A stretch of 64,000 nucleotides of DNA from Octopus vulgaris. Its lineage: Eukaryota. Numbering within the stretch: position 1 is the stretch's first letter; each line of letters begins with the position of its first letter. The stretch lies in assembly GCA_951406725.2 (NCBI GenBank), contig OX597815.1, positions 171,864,001 to 171,928,000 of the forward strand, written 5' to 3'. Made by a program: the position numbers and the translations under genes. The notes under the pieces are model-generated. The model was not told the origin of the DNA. It worked only from the letters and a program-made list of their open reading frames with translations, and did no database searches. This document shows, one piece after another, positions 13,177 through 26,541 of this stretch.

Positions 13177-13798
13177 CAGTGTTTCTCAACCCTTTTTCCC
13201 TTCTGTAACTCTTCAAATAAATTACATGTCTCAAGGAACCCCTGCACAAAGAAATATATACAGGCGCCGGAGTGACTGTGTGGTAAGTAGCTTGCTTACC
13301 AACCACATGGCTCCGGGTTCAGTCCCACTGTGTGGCACCTTGGGCAAGTGTCTTCTACTATAGCCTTGTGACCAAAGCCTTGTGAGTGGATTTGGTAGAT
13401 GGAAACTGAAAGAATCCCGTCGTATATATATATATATATATCATCATCATCATCGTTTAACGTCCGTTTTCCGCGCTAGCACGGGTTGGACGGTTTCGAC
13501 CGGGATCTGGGGAGCCAGGGGCTGCCCCAGGCTCCAGTCTGGTCTGGCAGTGTTTCTACAGCTGGATGCCCTTCCTAACGCCAACCACTCCGCGAGTGTA
13601 GTGGGTGCTTTTTACGTGCCACCTGCACAGGTGCCAGAGGGGTCTGGCATCGGCCACGGTCAGTTGGTGCTTTTTATGTGCCACCTGCACAGAAGCCAGT
13701 CGGGGCGGTGCTGGCATCGGCCACGTTCGGATGGTGCTTTTTGTGGGGGGGGGAGGGTGCAGAAATATAGGGGAGCACCAGTGGGGAGGGGTGTTCGG

Positions 13799-13834
<36 letters not shown>

Positions 13835-14198
13835 ATGTATGTTTTTGTCCCCTCTATGTTTAACCCCTTGTGGGTAATAAAGAAATAATATATGTGTGTG
13901 TATATGTTTGTGTGTCTGTGTTTGTCTCCCCAACATCGATTGAAAACCGATGTTGGTGTGTTTACATCCTCATCATATAGCGGTTCGGCAAGAGAGGCCA
14001 ATAGAATAAATACTAGGTTCACAAAGAATAAGTCCTGGGGGTCGATTTGCTCGACTAAAGGCAATGCTCCAGCATGACCACAGTCAAATGACTGAAACAA
14101 AAATAAAAGAAAGAAAAGAATATACCATATCTTTCTCATAATTTCACTCTTTCTCGTGGAACCCTAGGGTTCCAGGAAACCCCGGTTGAGATACACTG
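13177..14198. mobile_element. hAT (Charlie-like) MITE carrying nested insertions
   Basis: TIR CAGTGTTTCTCAACC / GGTTGAGATACACTG; 8-bp TSD ATTTAGAG / ATTGAGAC (6/8). Confidence 0.8.
13262..14118 (+). mobile_element. SINE family A interrupted by an RTE-tail insertion (13440-13744, minus)
   Basis: Head at 13262, tail at ~14100; the insertion sits in the internal (TA)n. Confidence 0.85.
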
Positions 14199-14818
14199 AT
14201 TGAGACACTTAAAGTTTACACTTTTTGATGATATAATATATTCTTCTGCTTGACTGAAAGTTTCACTCTCAGATATATCATCAGTCACATGTAATCTAAT
14301 CTCTTTTGATGCTTCTTTGATTCATTGAACTTCCTTGATAGCATTTGAAGTAAGGGTGTATCATTGATGCAGTCAACATATTCTACAAAGATACCATCAC
14401 TCAGATTTTATCACCTGATGGTGTTATGGATACCTTTGAGATCCTGCAGGAGTATCACAAGGAGACACCCTTGCATCTCTTCTGTTGACTGTTCTTGGAC
14501 TACTTGGTATGAATTACAATATTTAATGCAGAAGAAACAGGTTTCCAAATAGGTCCTTAAAAAAGCAAATGTTATTATTGATGTAGATTATGCAGGTGAT
14601 ATAGCTCTTGATCCTGTAGAACATTGAGAGGGTGAGAGAGAGGGCTGCACCAGCATCTTGCTGGTACTAAGTTGAAGTTCAGTAGAGTTAAGTAATGATA
14701 TGAAGTTCCTTGCTGGAGAATAAATATGCTGATGGAAAAAAAACAGGGGAGAATCTAATGTTTTGAGTTATATATATATATATGTAAATGTAATATGTGG
14801 CAATTATTCGGTAGCCAT

Positions 14819-14879
14819 GATAAAACTCCAAGTTTCAGATGCCAAGGTGGAAATCTACGCTGCTATCTCTTCAGTTATT
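14819..14879 (-). ncRNA. hammerhead ribozyme, cluster copy 1
   Basis: ataa CTGAAGA gata...catc t GAAA cttggag TT ttat. Confidence 0.7.
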
Positions 14880-14955
14880 CGGCCATCGGAAAAATGCTAT
14901 GAAAATAGAGGAATTTATCTGTAAATGTAATATGTGACAATTATTCGGTAGCCAT

Positions 14956-15014
14956 GATAAAACTCTGAGTTTTGGATGCCTAGTGGAAAACCACACCACC
15001 ATCTCTTCAGTTAT
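14956..15014 (-). ncRNA. hammerhead ribozyme, cluster copy 2 (G12 mutated, likely inactive)
   Basis: ataa CTGAAGA gatg...catc c AAAA ctcagag TT ttat; 137 bp from copy 1. Confidence 0.65.
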
Positions 15015-15050
15015 ATGCCCATTGGAAAAATTTTTCCGATGGCTAGACCA

Positions 15051-15111
15051 GATAACTGAAGAGATGGCAGCATGGATTTCCACCTCAGCATCCGAAACTC
15101 AGAGTTTTATC
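15051..15111 (+). ncRNA. hammerhead ribozyme, cluster copy 3 (intact core)
   Basis: gataa CTGAAGA gatg...catc c GAAA ctcagag TT ttatc. Confidence 0.8.
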
Positions 15112-15987
15112 ATGGCTACCGAATAATTGTCACATATTACATTTACAGATAAATTCCTCTATTTACATAATATCGAGGTCTCTTTCTTTCTTTTGTTGTC
15201 TTATCATTTTTATCAATATATATATATATATATATAAAGAAATAGAAATAATAGAAACAAGAGAAAGAGAAAAAGACGAAGACATATGACCTTCTATCTA
15301 CAGTGTTTGTATACATTGCAGGCCTAGAGTAAAACTGAAGTTGATTAGTGAAATAGAAAGGCTGGAAGTGGAGACTCAAATTAGGTCCTATTGAGAGTTA
15401 AGTGGGGAGAGATGAGGCAAAGAGAGCAAAAAAGAGAATAAGTGAGGAGCGTGAGAGAGAAAGCAAGAAAGAGAGAAGGGAAGTGAGAGGAGAAGTGAGG
15501 AACTCATGATATCAGTGTATGTGAGTAATGAAATGTTGTTAAGTGTGCAATGTTTTCATTCGTGTAGGTGATAGGCAGCTTCTAATGTGTATCAAGAAAT
15601 ATAAAGTTCCTGCACCTTGGTATACAAAAGTTATTCTTCCAAACAACAAAGAATATACATGTACATACACATACTTATCGACATGCACACATGTGAACAT
15701 ATAACAACACATACATACATACACTGTGGTGATTGTGGTTGTGCATGTGTGTAAAGCAGCGAGTCGTGTGGTGGTGTAGACGTGTAGAATTAGTCTGTTA
15801 GTCTGTGGCAAATGAGGGGTATCTCTGCAGAATGTGTATGTGTGGTATGTTACATTGAGGAGATAGTAGTTTGGGAGTATGGTTCTTAGTGTAAGGTGAG
15901 ATGGTATGTGATGCATATATACATATATATGCATATAAGTATACATTACACACACACACACATATACATATATATGTATACAAAATC

Positions 15988-16407
<420 letters not shown>

Positions 16408-16465
16408 TATATATGTATGTATGTATATGTATATATATATATATTTATATATTTATATATATATT

Positions 16466-16518
<53 letters not shown>

Positions 16519-16799
16519 CCACCATATATATATATATATATATATATCTGTGTGTGTGTGTGTATGTGACATTAGAATGACAAAGGAATAAATAATTGTG
16601 TTATACACTTCATAAGCCTACATCTGTTTCTTCTATGCAATGTACTCATAGTCGAATGCTTGGAAATCACCCTATAACTTCATCAAAGCTTCAAATATGA
16701 GGTTCATAGCATGACTGTTTATTCCTTTGTCTGTACTCAACTGATGCTTCATTCTGAAGCATATGTATACCAAATTCTAATACTGGGTTATTAGTATCA

Positions 16800-17079
16800 C
16801 TATGCCTTAGCAAAATATCTATGTACCTGTGCCAGTGGCATATGTAAAAAGATTTGAGCAAGGTCGTTGCTAGTACCACCTGACTGGCCCCCATGCTGGT
16901 GGCATGTAAAAGCACCCACTATACTCTCAGAGTGGTTGGCATTAGGAAGGGCATCCAGCAGTAGAAACTCTGCCAGATCAAGATTGGAGCCTGGTGCAGC
17001 CATCTGGTTCGCCAGCCCTCAGTCAAAATCGTCCAACCTATGCTAGCATGGAAAGCGGATATTAAACGATGATGATGAT
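16800..17079 (+). mobile_element. RTE 3' end fragment
   Basis: Same tail; related to 36598-37052 and 60334-60785. Confidence 0.8.
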
Positions 17080-17989
17080 CATGTGTGTGTGTGTATCTAT
17101 ATGGAAGAAAAAAAACCGATGAAACAAAACTCCATTGGTGGTGAACTCAGAGTTTCCTGGGAAATTCCGAAGTCCCACAACCCCTCTGCCTTTTTTCCGG
17201 AAGAAAGTGGCTGGTGGTAGGTTTGGCGGTGAGATACATTGAATGCACTCAAAAAAACCTGTGGAAAAAATTATTTCACACCCAAGTATGAATGGGTCCT
17301 TTACGAAATATTTACCCAAGATCGGGACAGACATATGAATAGCAGGATTGATGAGACTGATAAAGCAAGGGCTGAGCATCTTGGCAGAACAGAGGGAAGG
17401 GGACAGAAGCAGGAGAAATCAGGAATCAGACACTTGAAGAGCTGAACATCTGGTGAAACAGAGAGAAAGAGACAAAAGCAGGAGACATCATGAATCAGAT
17501 GCTCATGTGAATACAAATGGAATAAAACAAGTTTTGCATAAATTGGATCATGGATTATCAAGATATGTGGTTTTTTCAGGTACCTTTATAAATAGCCAAA
17601 CCAGTAGATAATGGGGGGAAAATGCTTTGAAAGTAAGGTACCATTGAAATGTGAATACACACTGAATAACAGAAGTTTTGTGTAAATTAGACCATGGATT
17701 CCCAAGATATGCACTTTTTCAGGTACCTTGAGCTATTGGTGACCCAACAGGTCATGGGAATCTTGTATATATATGTATCCATATACATCAGTGCTCAAAA
17801 TGAGGAGTAGATAGACAGCCGACAACTGTTGGAGGATCGTTCTTCTTGTTACTTGTCCTGTTTTCCATTTGTTTCTCTTGTTATTTGTGTATTGAACTCA
17901 TTTGTTTTCATATTTCATGTTGTTTGCTGTTGGTGACGTCCTGTACCCATATGCATGTGCATATATATATGTGTGCGTGTGCATGTATA

Positions 17990-18088
<99 letters not shown>

Positions 18089-19130
18089 CAAGAGAGAAGA
18101 TGGAGATAAGATTAATAAAAACTTTATATCATTGACAAGATCAGACCTATGAATATTTCAATTCATCACTTGCAGCATAAAAATTCACCAAATTTAATTT
18201 AATTTAACTAAATTAATTTTGTTAATTACTACAAGTAAGAACATCTTCAGTGAAGGATGCACAAAGAAATTTATTATATTTAAAACAAAATGAAAACATA
18301 AAAAACAGGAAGAATACAGTGAACCATTATAGTTAAAAATATATACACAGTTATAGAAATAGATATGAAATCATAAATTAATATAAATAATGATAATGCA
18401 GATATACCCATGTAAAATATAGTTGCATATATATCCATGTGTGTGTGTGTGCGTGCGCGTCATTGTCTCTTTTCCATGCTGACATGGGTTGGATAGTTGG
18501 ATAGGAGCTCTACTGTCAGCTCTAGCATGGTTTCTAAAGCTGGATGCCCTTCCTAATGTCAACCACTTTACAGAGTGTGCTGGGGGATTTTTACATGGCA
18601 CCAGCACTGGTGATGCCACTGAGTAACTTGCAAAACAAGGACCCCCTCAGCTAAGAGGGGGAGCTGTATTGAGGGAAGTGGCTTTGTACCAGGTAATGAG
18701 AAGTTAAACGATGAGAGGGACAGAAACAAGCAAAGGATATACATACTACTCCAGTCAAAGAGAGTAGAGAGAGAGAGAGAGAGAGCAGGGGGGGGAGAAA
18801 GAGAGAGAGAAGAGAGAGAGGGAGAAAGAGAGAGGGAGAGTGGGAAAATGTGCTATGGCATACACTCAAGGTAGAATGAGGTGAATGTAAGAGGAATGGT
18901 ACAGGGGATTGGAGATAGAGTTATTAAGCAAGGGGTCCATGAGAGTGCAAAAGGAGAGTAGGAGAGCAGGAAGGAGAAGGGGATTGCAGTGAGTGGTGAA
19001 CATGGGTATATAAGGGAGTAGCAAGATAATGATACAGTTGGCAGAATGGCAGATAGAGAGAATGACAAAGCAGCATTGGGATGCAGGAGCAGGGGTGGGC
19101 AGAGACAAGCATAGTGTGTAATGAGATGTT

Positions 19131-19345
19131 TGAGGGTGCTGAAAATTTCCTGGCTTTAAGGGTCTCACAAAAGGCCTGGCCGGAGACCCACCCTTCTGAG
19201 TTTTTTCACAGGGCTTAGAAGACCTAAAGGACTGCTGTAGTAAATGTGTGAATCTGAGGAGGGAATATGTTGACTAAAATCATAATTAACTGATCCTCCT
19301 GTATTTTCTTCTATCTAAAGCCAGGAACTTTTCATCACCCCCTTG
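19131..19345. mobile_element. mariner-type MITE (opposite orientation to 519-736)
   Basis: Same TIRs and internal sequence. Confidence 0.75.
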
Positions 19346-19665
19346 TGAAATGATGGAACAGGAGAATCAATATAGCATGGGAGTGGAGAAAGCATAATAC
19401 ACAGTGCTTCCAGAAACTCAGTTTCACTGAGGTGGGTGGATCTTCTCAAGAACTACATATTACCAAACATCTTGGTCCACTGTCATCTCCTCATTGAGGC
19501 TGAACATCTTGAGATCGGCCCTCACTACTTCATCCCATGTTTTCCTGGGAAATTTATATATGCATATGTATGTATATATGTATATATATATATATACATA
19601 CATACATCTTTCCTCCACCTCAGTCTCTATTTTGTAACACACCTAAACTATGACTTAACTCATCC

Positions 19666-19717
19666 GTCTCTGATGAAGGGATATAATTAATAAATATCCT
19701 AGAAACAGCTGTAAGAC
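19666..19717 (+). ncRNA. minimal type-I hammerhead ribozyme, canonical C3:G8
   Basis: gtct CTGATGA ag ggatat-aattaataa-atatcc ta GAAA cagctg TA agac; palindromic stem III ACAGCTGT, GUA triplet. Confidence 0.8.
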
Positions 19718-20094
19718 CTTCTATCTATAAATGCTCTAATATCTACACAGCCTTGGTTTTTTATCTTATTATGCAAAAATTTCTTATGTATGTATGTATG
19801 TATGTATGTATATATTTAGATGTCATTATTCAGTTTTATTTCAAGATTTCTTGTCAATAGAGAAGGAGCTGGTTTCTAACCTAAATCCAAGGCTCCTTCA
19901 TTTGAATTTAAGCAACATCAACAAAATATGTATGTGCGTATACGTGCCGTATTTGGAGTCAGTGCATATACATATTAGTGTATGTATGTATGTAAGTATG
20001 TATGTATATATGAATGTATGTGTGCATGTGTGTATGTATATGTGTGTGTGTATGTGTCTATCTATCTATTTATCCATCAATCTATCCGTGTGTG

Positions 20095-20157
<63 letters not shown>

Positions 20158-20790
20158 ATCTATCTATCTATATGTGTGTGTGTGTGTGCGTGTGTGTGTG
20201 TGTGCACGTGCATGCATACGCATGTGCGTGTAGGCACAAGTTTGGCTGCGTGGTTAAGAAATTTGCATTGTAACCATATAATTTTGGTATCTAAGGCAAG
20301 GGTGTTTCACTGTAACCTAAATCTTGCCTAAACCTTCTGTGTAGATTTAGCGGACTGAAAATGAAGAAAGCCACTTGCATGTATATATATATGTATGTAT
20401 GTATGTGAATTCTGTGTTCACATGAGCATGTGTGTATGTGCACATGTATGTGTATACATGTGTGTGTATGTGTGTGTGTGTGTTCCAGTATACACATTTG
20501 TTATATTCACAATGTAGACCAGAAAGTGAAACAAAAAAAAAAAGAAAAGGTAAATAAATAAAACCCACCCACAGGATGCCAGGTTGTATAAGCTGTTCAA
20601 AAGTATAATAAAATGGTAAGTTGTACTTCAGTAGTAATGCAAATAAACTCTAGTGTCTTTCCCACAGATACAATGAAATACTATCTGCATGCTTTGATTC
20701 ATGTGCCAAGAGTTCAGTATTAATAGTGTGTACTTAGATATTAGATGCATAGGCACACACACGCACGCACACACACGCACGCACACACAC

Positions 20791-20831
<41 letters not shown>

Positions 20832-21933
20832 CAGAGTCACATACACATGCTCACCCACTCACTCACACACTCACACACAAACACACACACATACTCATAC
20901 ACACACATACATACATATATATATATATATACATCAATACATATGTATGTCGATACGTATGTAGGTGTGTGTGTGTTTGTGTATACATTTAATAGCTAGG
21001 TACACTACGTGTAGGTGTGTGTGTGTGTGTGTTTCTAGAAATGGTTGGCATTTTCTCTGGTGATTAAAACGTCAGACTTTTTCTGTTCTTTAAATGTTTT
21101 AGTAGAAATGTTGCATGTGTGAAAAAAAAATGTCTGTTACCTAAATGATATTAAACAAACCAAATAAGTATCATATAATGTTCATTTGAATTTATCAGTT
21201 TTGCTCATGCATAATAGGCTGATATATATATATCATATTCTCTGTGCTGATTTCCTGTTGTAGTGCACCTGTATCATCTTCATCATCATCATCATCATCA
21301 TCATTGTATATTACTTTTGAACAGCAACCGTTCTATCATAATAGATGGATAGCTGCAAAGAAAAGTGAATAGTAAGGGACAATACTACACAGAGAATAGA
21401 ATGATGGTCTATATAATGAGAACTTTGTGAAATTATAAATTTATCCTGGAAGAGGCACAGGTATAAAAAAAAACATGAAAAAATATATTGCCATGGGCAC
21501 AAGTGTATGTACAGTTAAAAAGCATGCTTTTTTGAAAATGTGGTTTTGTGTTCAAATCAAACTGCATAGCATCTTAGGCAGTTCTCTCCTACGATAGCTC
21601 CTGGTTGACAAATACCTTGTGAGTTAATTTGGTAGACATAAACTGTGCAGAAGTCTGTCATATGTACGCGCATGTGGGAGTGTGTGTTTATGTCTGTGTA
21701 TGTGTGTGTGCATGTGTGTGTGAGTGTTTGTATCTCTGCATGCATATGTGCGTGTGTGTATATCTGTCTGTCTTTGTGTCTGCGTATGTCCCCACCACCA
21801 CAAGCACCACCACTTGAAAACTTATTCTTTGTAAGCCTAGTACTTATTCTATTGGTCTCTTTTGCCGAACCGCTAAGTTATAGGGATGTAAACACACCAG
21901 CATCAGGTGTCAAGCAATGTTGTGGGGGGACAA

Positions 21934-21970
<37 letters not shown>

Positions 21971-22047
21971 TATATATGCATATATACGACAGGCTTCTTT
22001 CAGTCACAGGGATGGAAATCTGCAATTTCCATTGATCGATTTCCATA

Positions 22048-22110
<63 letters not shown>

Positions 22111-22565
22111 ATAGGCTTCTTTCAATTTCCCTTTACTAAATGAACTCGTAAAATTTTGATCAGCCCTGGACTACAGCAGAAGTCCCTTGCCCAAGGTGTC
22201 ATGCAATGGGACTGAACCTAAAACTATATAGTTGAGAATGAATCTTCTCTACCACACAGTCCCTTTTATAAGCATACATGAGTATGCCAGTAGTTGTATA
22301 AAACAACAATTGACTAATAAACATTCATTATTCTACAAATGGTCTCATGAATTTGCAAAGGGAATAGCTTATGCAGATGTTTTCTCTTCTCTTTGTGAAA
22401 TAAGATTGAGAGTAATGGAAATAAAAAAAAAATTACTATTTGGACGAGTAATTATTTGTTTAAACTGAAAATAGTTAAACAAACAGAGATACTAAAAAGA
22501 ATTATGTAATGTAAGCTATGTTGAATATAGGGCAGCACAGTGTGTAGTAGATATCAGGTACTTAC

Positions 22566-22586
22566 TGTTGGTATTAAATTGTTCAA
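22566..22586 (-). CDS. candidate 21-nt symmetric microexon
   Basis: Acceptor CCTGTTTTTCTTAAG, donor GTAAGT; open in phase 1 (EQFNTN), compatible with the flanking candidate exons. Confidence 0.3.
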
Positions 22587-24379
22587 CTTAAGAAAAACAG
22601 GACTAGTAAGAATAGAACAATGGTTCAGTGTTAGACTAATAAACAATTCAGTAACTGTTCAGGGATCAAAGTCAGCAAAGGTTTAGAGTTCATGGAGAAA
22701 TATTCATAGCCTGATTGTGTAAGTAATAAGTCATGGGAACATAACTAAGTCTAATAAGTTTGGAGAATCACTATAGTTAATTGAAACCTTTCAGATTCAT
22801 CATGCTTCGAATCTGAAATTTATCACTTAAATGCTTAGCTATTTAATGGTTTGAATGAAAGGATACTGGTATGAAAAATGATTATCAAATATTGTTTTCA
22901 AATTTTAGTACAAGGCCAGCAATTTCGAGGGAGGGGATACATTAATTATATCAATTCTAGAATTCAAATGGTACTTGTTTTATCAATCCCAGAAGGATGT
23001 AAAGCAGAGTCAACCTCAGTGGAATTTCAGCTTAGAATGTAAAGACATGCAAACTGTCACTAAGCATTTTGCCTGGCATGCTAACGATTCTGCCAGCTCA
23101 CCGCCACATGATTATCAAATATTAATTACTATTTGGATTCTTGCTGTTCTGAGTGCATACCATGAATTAATATCTATTTAGCAGACATCAGCATGCACTT
23201 GCATTTCTATAAAAAGGAGCTCATGCTCTTGTTTGATTCATCTTTCTGGTAGGGTAGCTTTGAGTGAACAGACAAAGTTTGAAATACCATGGTGTCTTAA
23301 AGTCCCCTTACAATGATAACCCATGCGTGTCCATAACACACATAGTTTAAAAGTAGGAGGTGCTCTCTGATGACAAAAACAAGTGATCAGACAGTCACAT
23401 CTGAATCTGCCGGAATGTATAAAAAATGGATAAATACATTTTTGTTAAGATTTTCACAATTCTGCAAATACCCCATGAATTATTATAAATATCAACTGTT
23501 TAAGAGAAAAGCTTTGATACAAAAAAAAAGAAAAAGGACTTAGGTAGGATTTGAACTGAAGTTTGAAAACTCACACATAACTCAAGTTATTATTCAATCC
23601 TTATATTTTGTTGCACATCATACTTTCTAAATTTTTAGTGTTCCAGAGTTTGTAAGTATAACTGTGAACTGAATACTTTTAAGGTAAATTAATTTTGATG
23701 GAAATATAAATAAGAAAACAAGATATTTGTCCTTTTACTTGGGTGAATTTGATATCTGTTTGTTCACGTAATTCCTCTCCTTTTTGACATTTAAACTAGT
23801 GATAATCACAATAACCAAAATATTTTAATAGTACCACAAATAAAAGCTTCTGAAATAACAAGATAAAGATGTTGATAGAAAGCATAACAACAGTGAACTT
23901 CAAAATATGATCTCTGTTCACATTTGGTAAAATCAAGTAAGAATGTTATCTTAAGTAGGTTACTAAACTGTAACAGAAGTGTCATTTGAGTAAAATGTCA
24001 GAAATGGTCATCCGAATGTTGTTATAGAGGATTGTTGCTATGATTCTTTTGTTACCTTTCATCTATACAAGTTTAAATGATGAGTAAATAGACAAATAGA
24101 CATTATGACTTTTGTTCTAGCATTTTAAATGAGGGAAATTGGTCCATTATGTTTCTAGATATTTTAAGATGTGTTTATTGTTGCAGAGTGAAAAGAATTT
24201 GGACTATTTACATCTCAGTCTATTCATATATGCACACTCATTTAACAAACCGACTCTAGGCTTTTTCAGGTATATATGTTATTCATGTGAGTTTGTAAAT
24301 ATAAACATTTTGAAAATATTATGAACATGCAACTTATTCCACTACTTGACAAATTAAATTATAATATAAATCAATTTAA

Positions 24380-24607
24380 CTCTTTTTGTTACCATATTTT
24401 TGTTGAAGAACATTAACTTTGCTTCAATTAATTTTGAAAACAATGAAAAATTTAGTAAAATAACTTAGTAGTTATTACAATAGCATTTAATAACTACATT
24501 AATTAACATGACATTTTTAATGGGAGGTTTTAATTTAGATCACTTTAAAACATTGAAGTTTGTACTATAGAACTAGGGCAATCTCAAATGGATTGGTATC
24601 AAAAAGA
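24380..24607. mobile_element. TTAA-flanked MITE (piggyBac-like), decayed
   Basis: TTAA|CTCTTTTTGTTACCA ... TGGTATCAAAAAGA|TTAA. Confidence 0.55.
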
Positions 24608-25630
24608 TTAATATATTTTTCATAAAAATCAACTAAATGTAAGATATAAAAATTTTTTATCCTTTTATTTCATTGAAAAAATGATGGCACTCATTTCCTA
24701 TTGATTCTGTCCTTTAACACTTGAATTAGATTTGAGTGAGTTGACATACTTTCTTCCACTCTTTGAGTTCCCAAATTCTGATAGTCATAAAAGCATTGTT
24801 AAGGCATAAAGTGTGTCCTCCCCAGGTCTGACCACAATCAATTTCTTCTTGAAAAAAAGAAGTATCAACCCCCATATTAGATTGGTGCTTTATTTACCGA
24901 CTTTCAAAGGATGAAAGGCAAAGCTGCACAATAAAGTATCATTTGACAACATGCTATTTTTATAAGCTCTCTTGTCTCTTGAACTGCAGTAAATTCGTGA
25001 TCATCTGCCTAAAGGATCTCTACCATTTCTTTTTTTTTTCTTTACTTCACTTATCTCAGTTGAAAGAAATTTTGTTGTGTTCCACATCATCAAAGCTTTC
25101 AAACATGTCTGTCATGAAACATCCCTAGAAAGTTACCTATCTATGAATTTCCCCCTTCTCTCTCCTTTTTTGTATTGGAAGTATCCTATTCTTATTAAGC
25201 CACTCCATTCCTCTCTGGCATACATTATATCAAGTCTGGAGCACCTCATCATGTTTCATATATAACTTTCAGACTTTTTCTTCTGTTCATCAAATAATTG
25301 CTCATTGTAACTTACATTGTTAATATCACTTTCCAAACTTTAATTAATATATGCAACCTATACTCCTCCTGTCAGGTAGATTACTATCTGAATGAATAGA
25401 GACATTGAAAACATCTGCCAGTGTGCCTTGACAACTTAATCTCAGTTAATATCAATACACAATCACTTCTCAAATAGAGCGGTGACAGAATGTAGATTGT
25501 TGCACTGGCAACAGCCTACTCCCTTATTCTTAAACAATGCACAGCAACATTCCTCAAATTCTAGTAAATTCTAGGCCACATGATGGTTGCACTGCAGTTT
25601 AGCCAGCACCCCAAAGACAAGACTTCTAAG

Positions 25631-25798
25631 CACTAGTGTAGCTAGTGTGTGCTGCCCGGGGTGGCCCTTCCGTTTGCTGCCCTCAGACTCCGCAAAAAAC
25701 ACATATTGCCTACAGCAATAGCCTACGACAGGATGAAAAGTGCTGCCCCTTTAAAAGTGCAGCCTGGGGTGAACCACCCCACCCTAGCTATGCTAGTG
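25631..25798. mobile_element. hAT-type MITE
   Basis: 15-bp TIR CACTAGTGTAGCTAG / CTAGCTATGCTAGTG and perfect 8-bp TSD CTTCTAAG. Confidence 0.85.
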
Positions 25799-26329
25799 CT
25801 TCTAAGCCTAAGCGTATTTCATTTCTATATTGTTGCTGTTCCTCTACAAGTTACAAGTGCAGTCCACTCTGGTGTGCTGCTTATAGATATGATACAGTAC
25901 TACTGCTATCTTTAATAGCTATATGTCTTGTGAGATGAAGGATCTGTACCTGGAAAGTCTTGTTGCAGTGTGTCTCAATAGAAAGTGGCAAAATGTCACT
26001 GGAGTGTCCTTTCCAGAGTGCAGATTTGGGCAAAATTGTATGGAAGACCTGTAGTCACCCATGCAATGGGACTCCTATCTGCATATAACAGATGTTGATC
26101 AAAGGAAGGGAAATAACCAATATAGCTTGGCCAATTGTTGCAGAATTCCCAGAACATACTTGAAGACAATGTTAGACTGCCTCAGGGACTCTAGCTCCTG
26201 ATTTGTTATTGATTAAATTGACCCCAGTACTTGAATGGTACTTTTCCTGTTAATCCCCAGATAGAAGACAGGCAGAATCAACCTTGGTGGGATTTGAATG
26301 CAAAACATGAAGAATCAGAATAAATACTC

Positions 26330-26541
26330 TTTTCTACTCTAGGTACAAGGCCTAAAAGTTTTGGGGAGGGGGGCAGTTGATTAGATCGACCCCAGTATGT
26401 AACTGGTACTTATATTACCGACCTCGAAAAGATGAAAGGCAAAGTTGACCTCGGCAGAATTTGAACTCAGAACATAAAGACAAATGAAATACCGCTAAGC
26501 ATTTTGCCTGGTGTACTAACATTTCTGCCAGCTTGCCACCT
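26330..26541 (-). mobile_element. tRNA SINE family B (Meta-domain-like central region)
   Basis: Minus strand has A/B-box-like motifs then GAGGTCAACTTTGCCTTTCATCTTTTCGAGGTCGGTAA; copies at ~1690, 22900, 46865, 63415; superfamily name is from memory. Confidence 0.75.
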
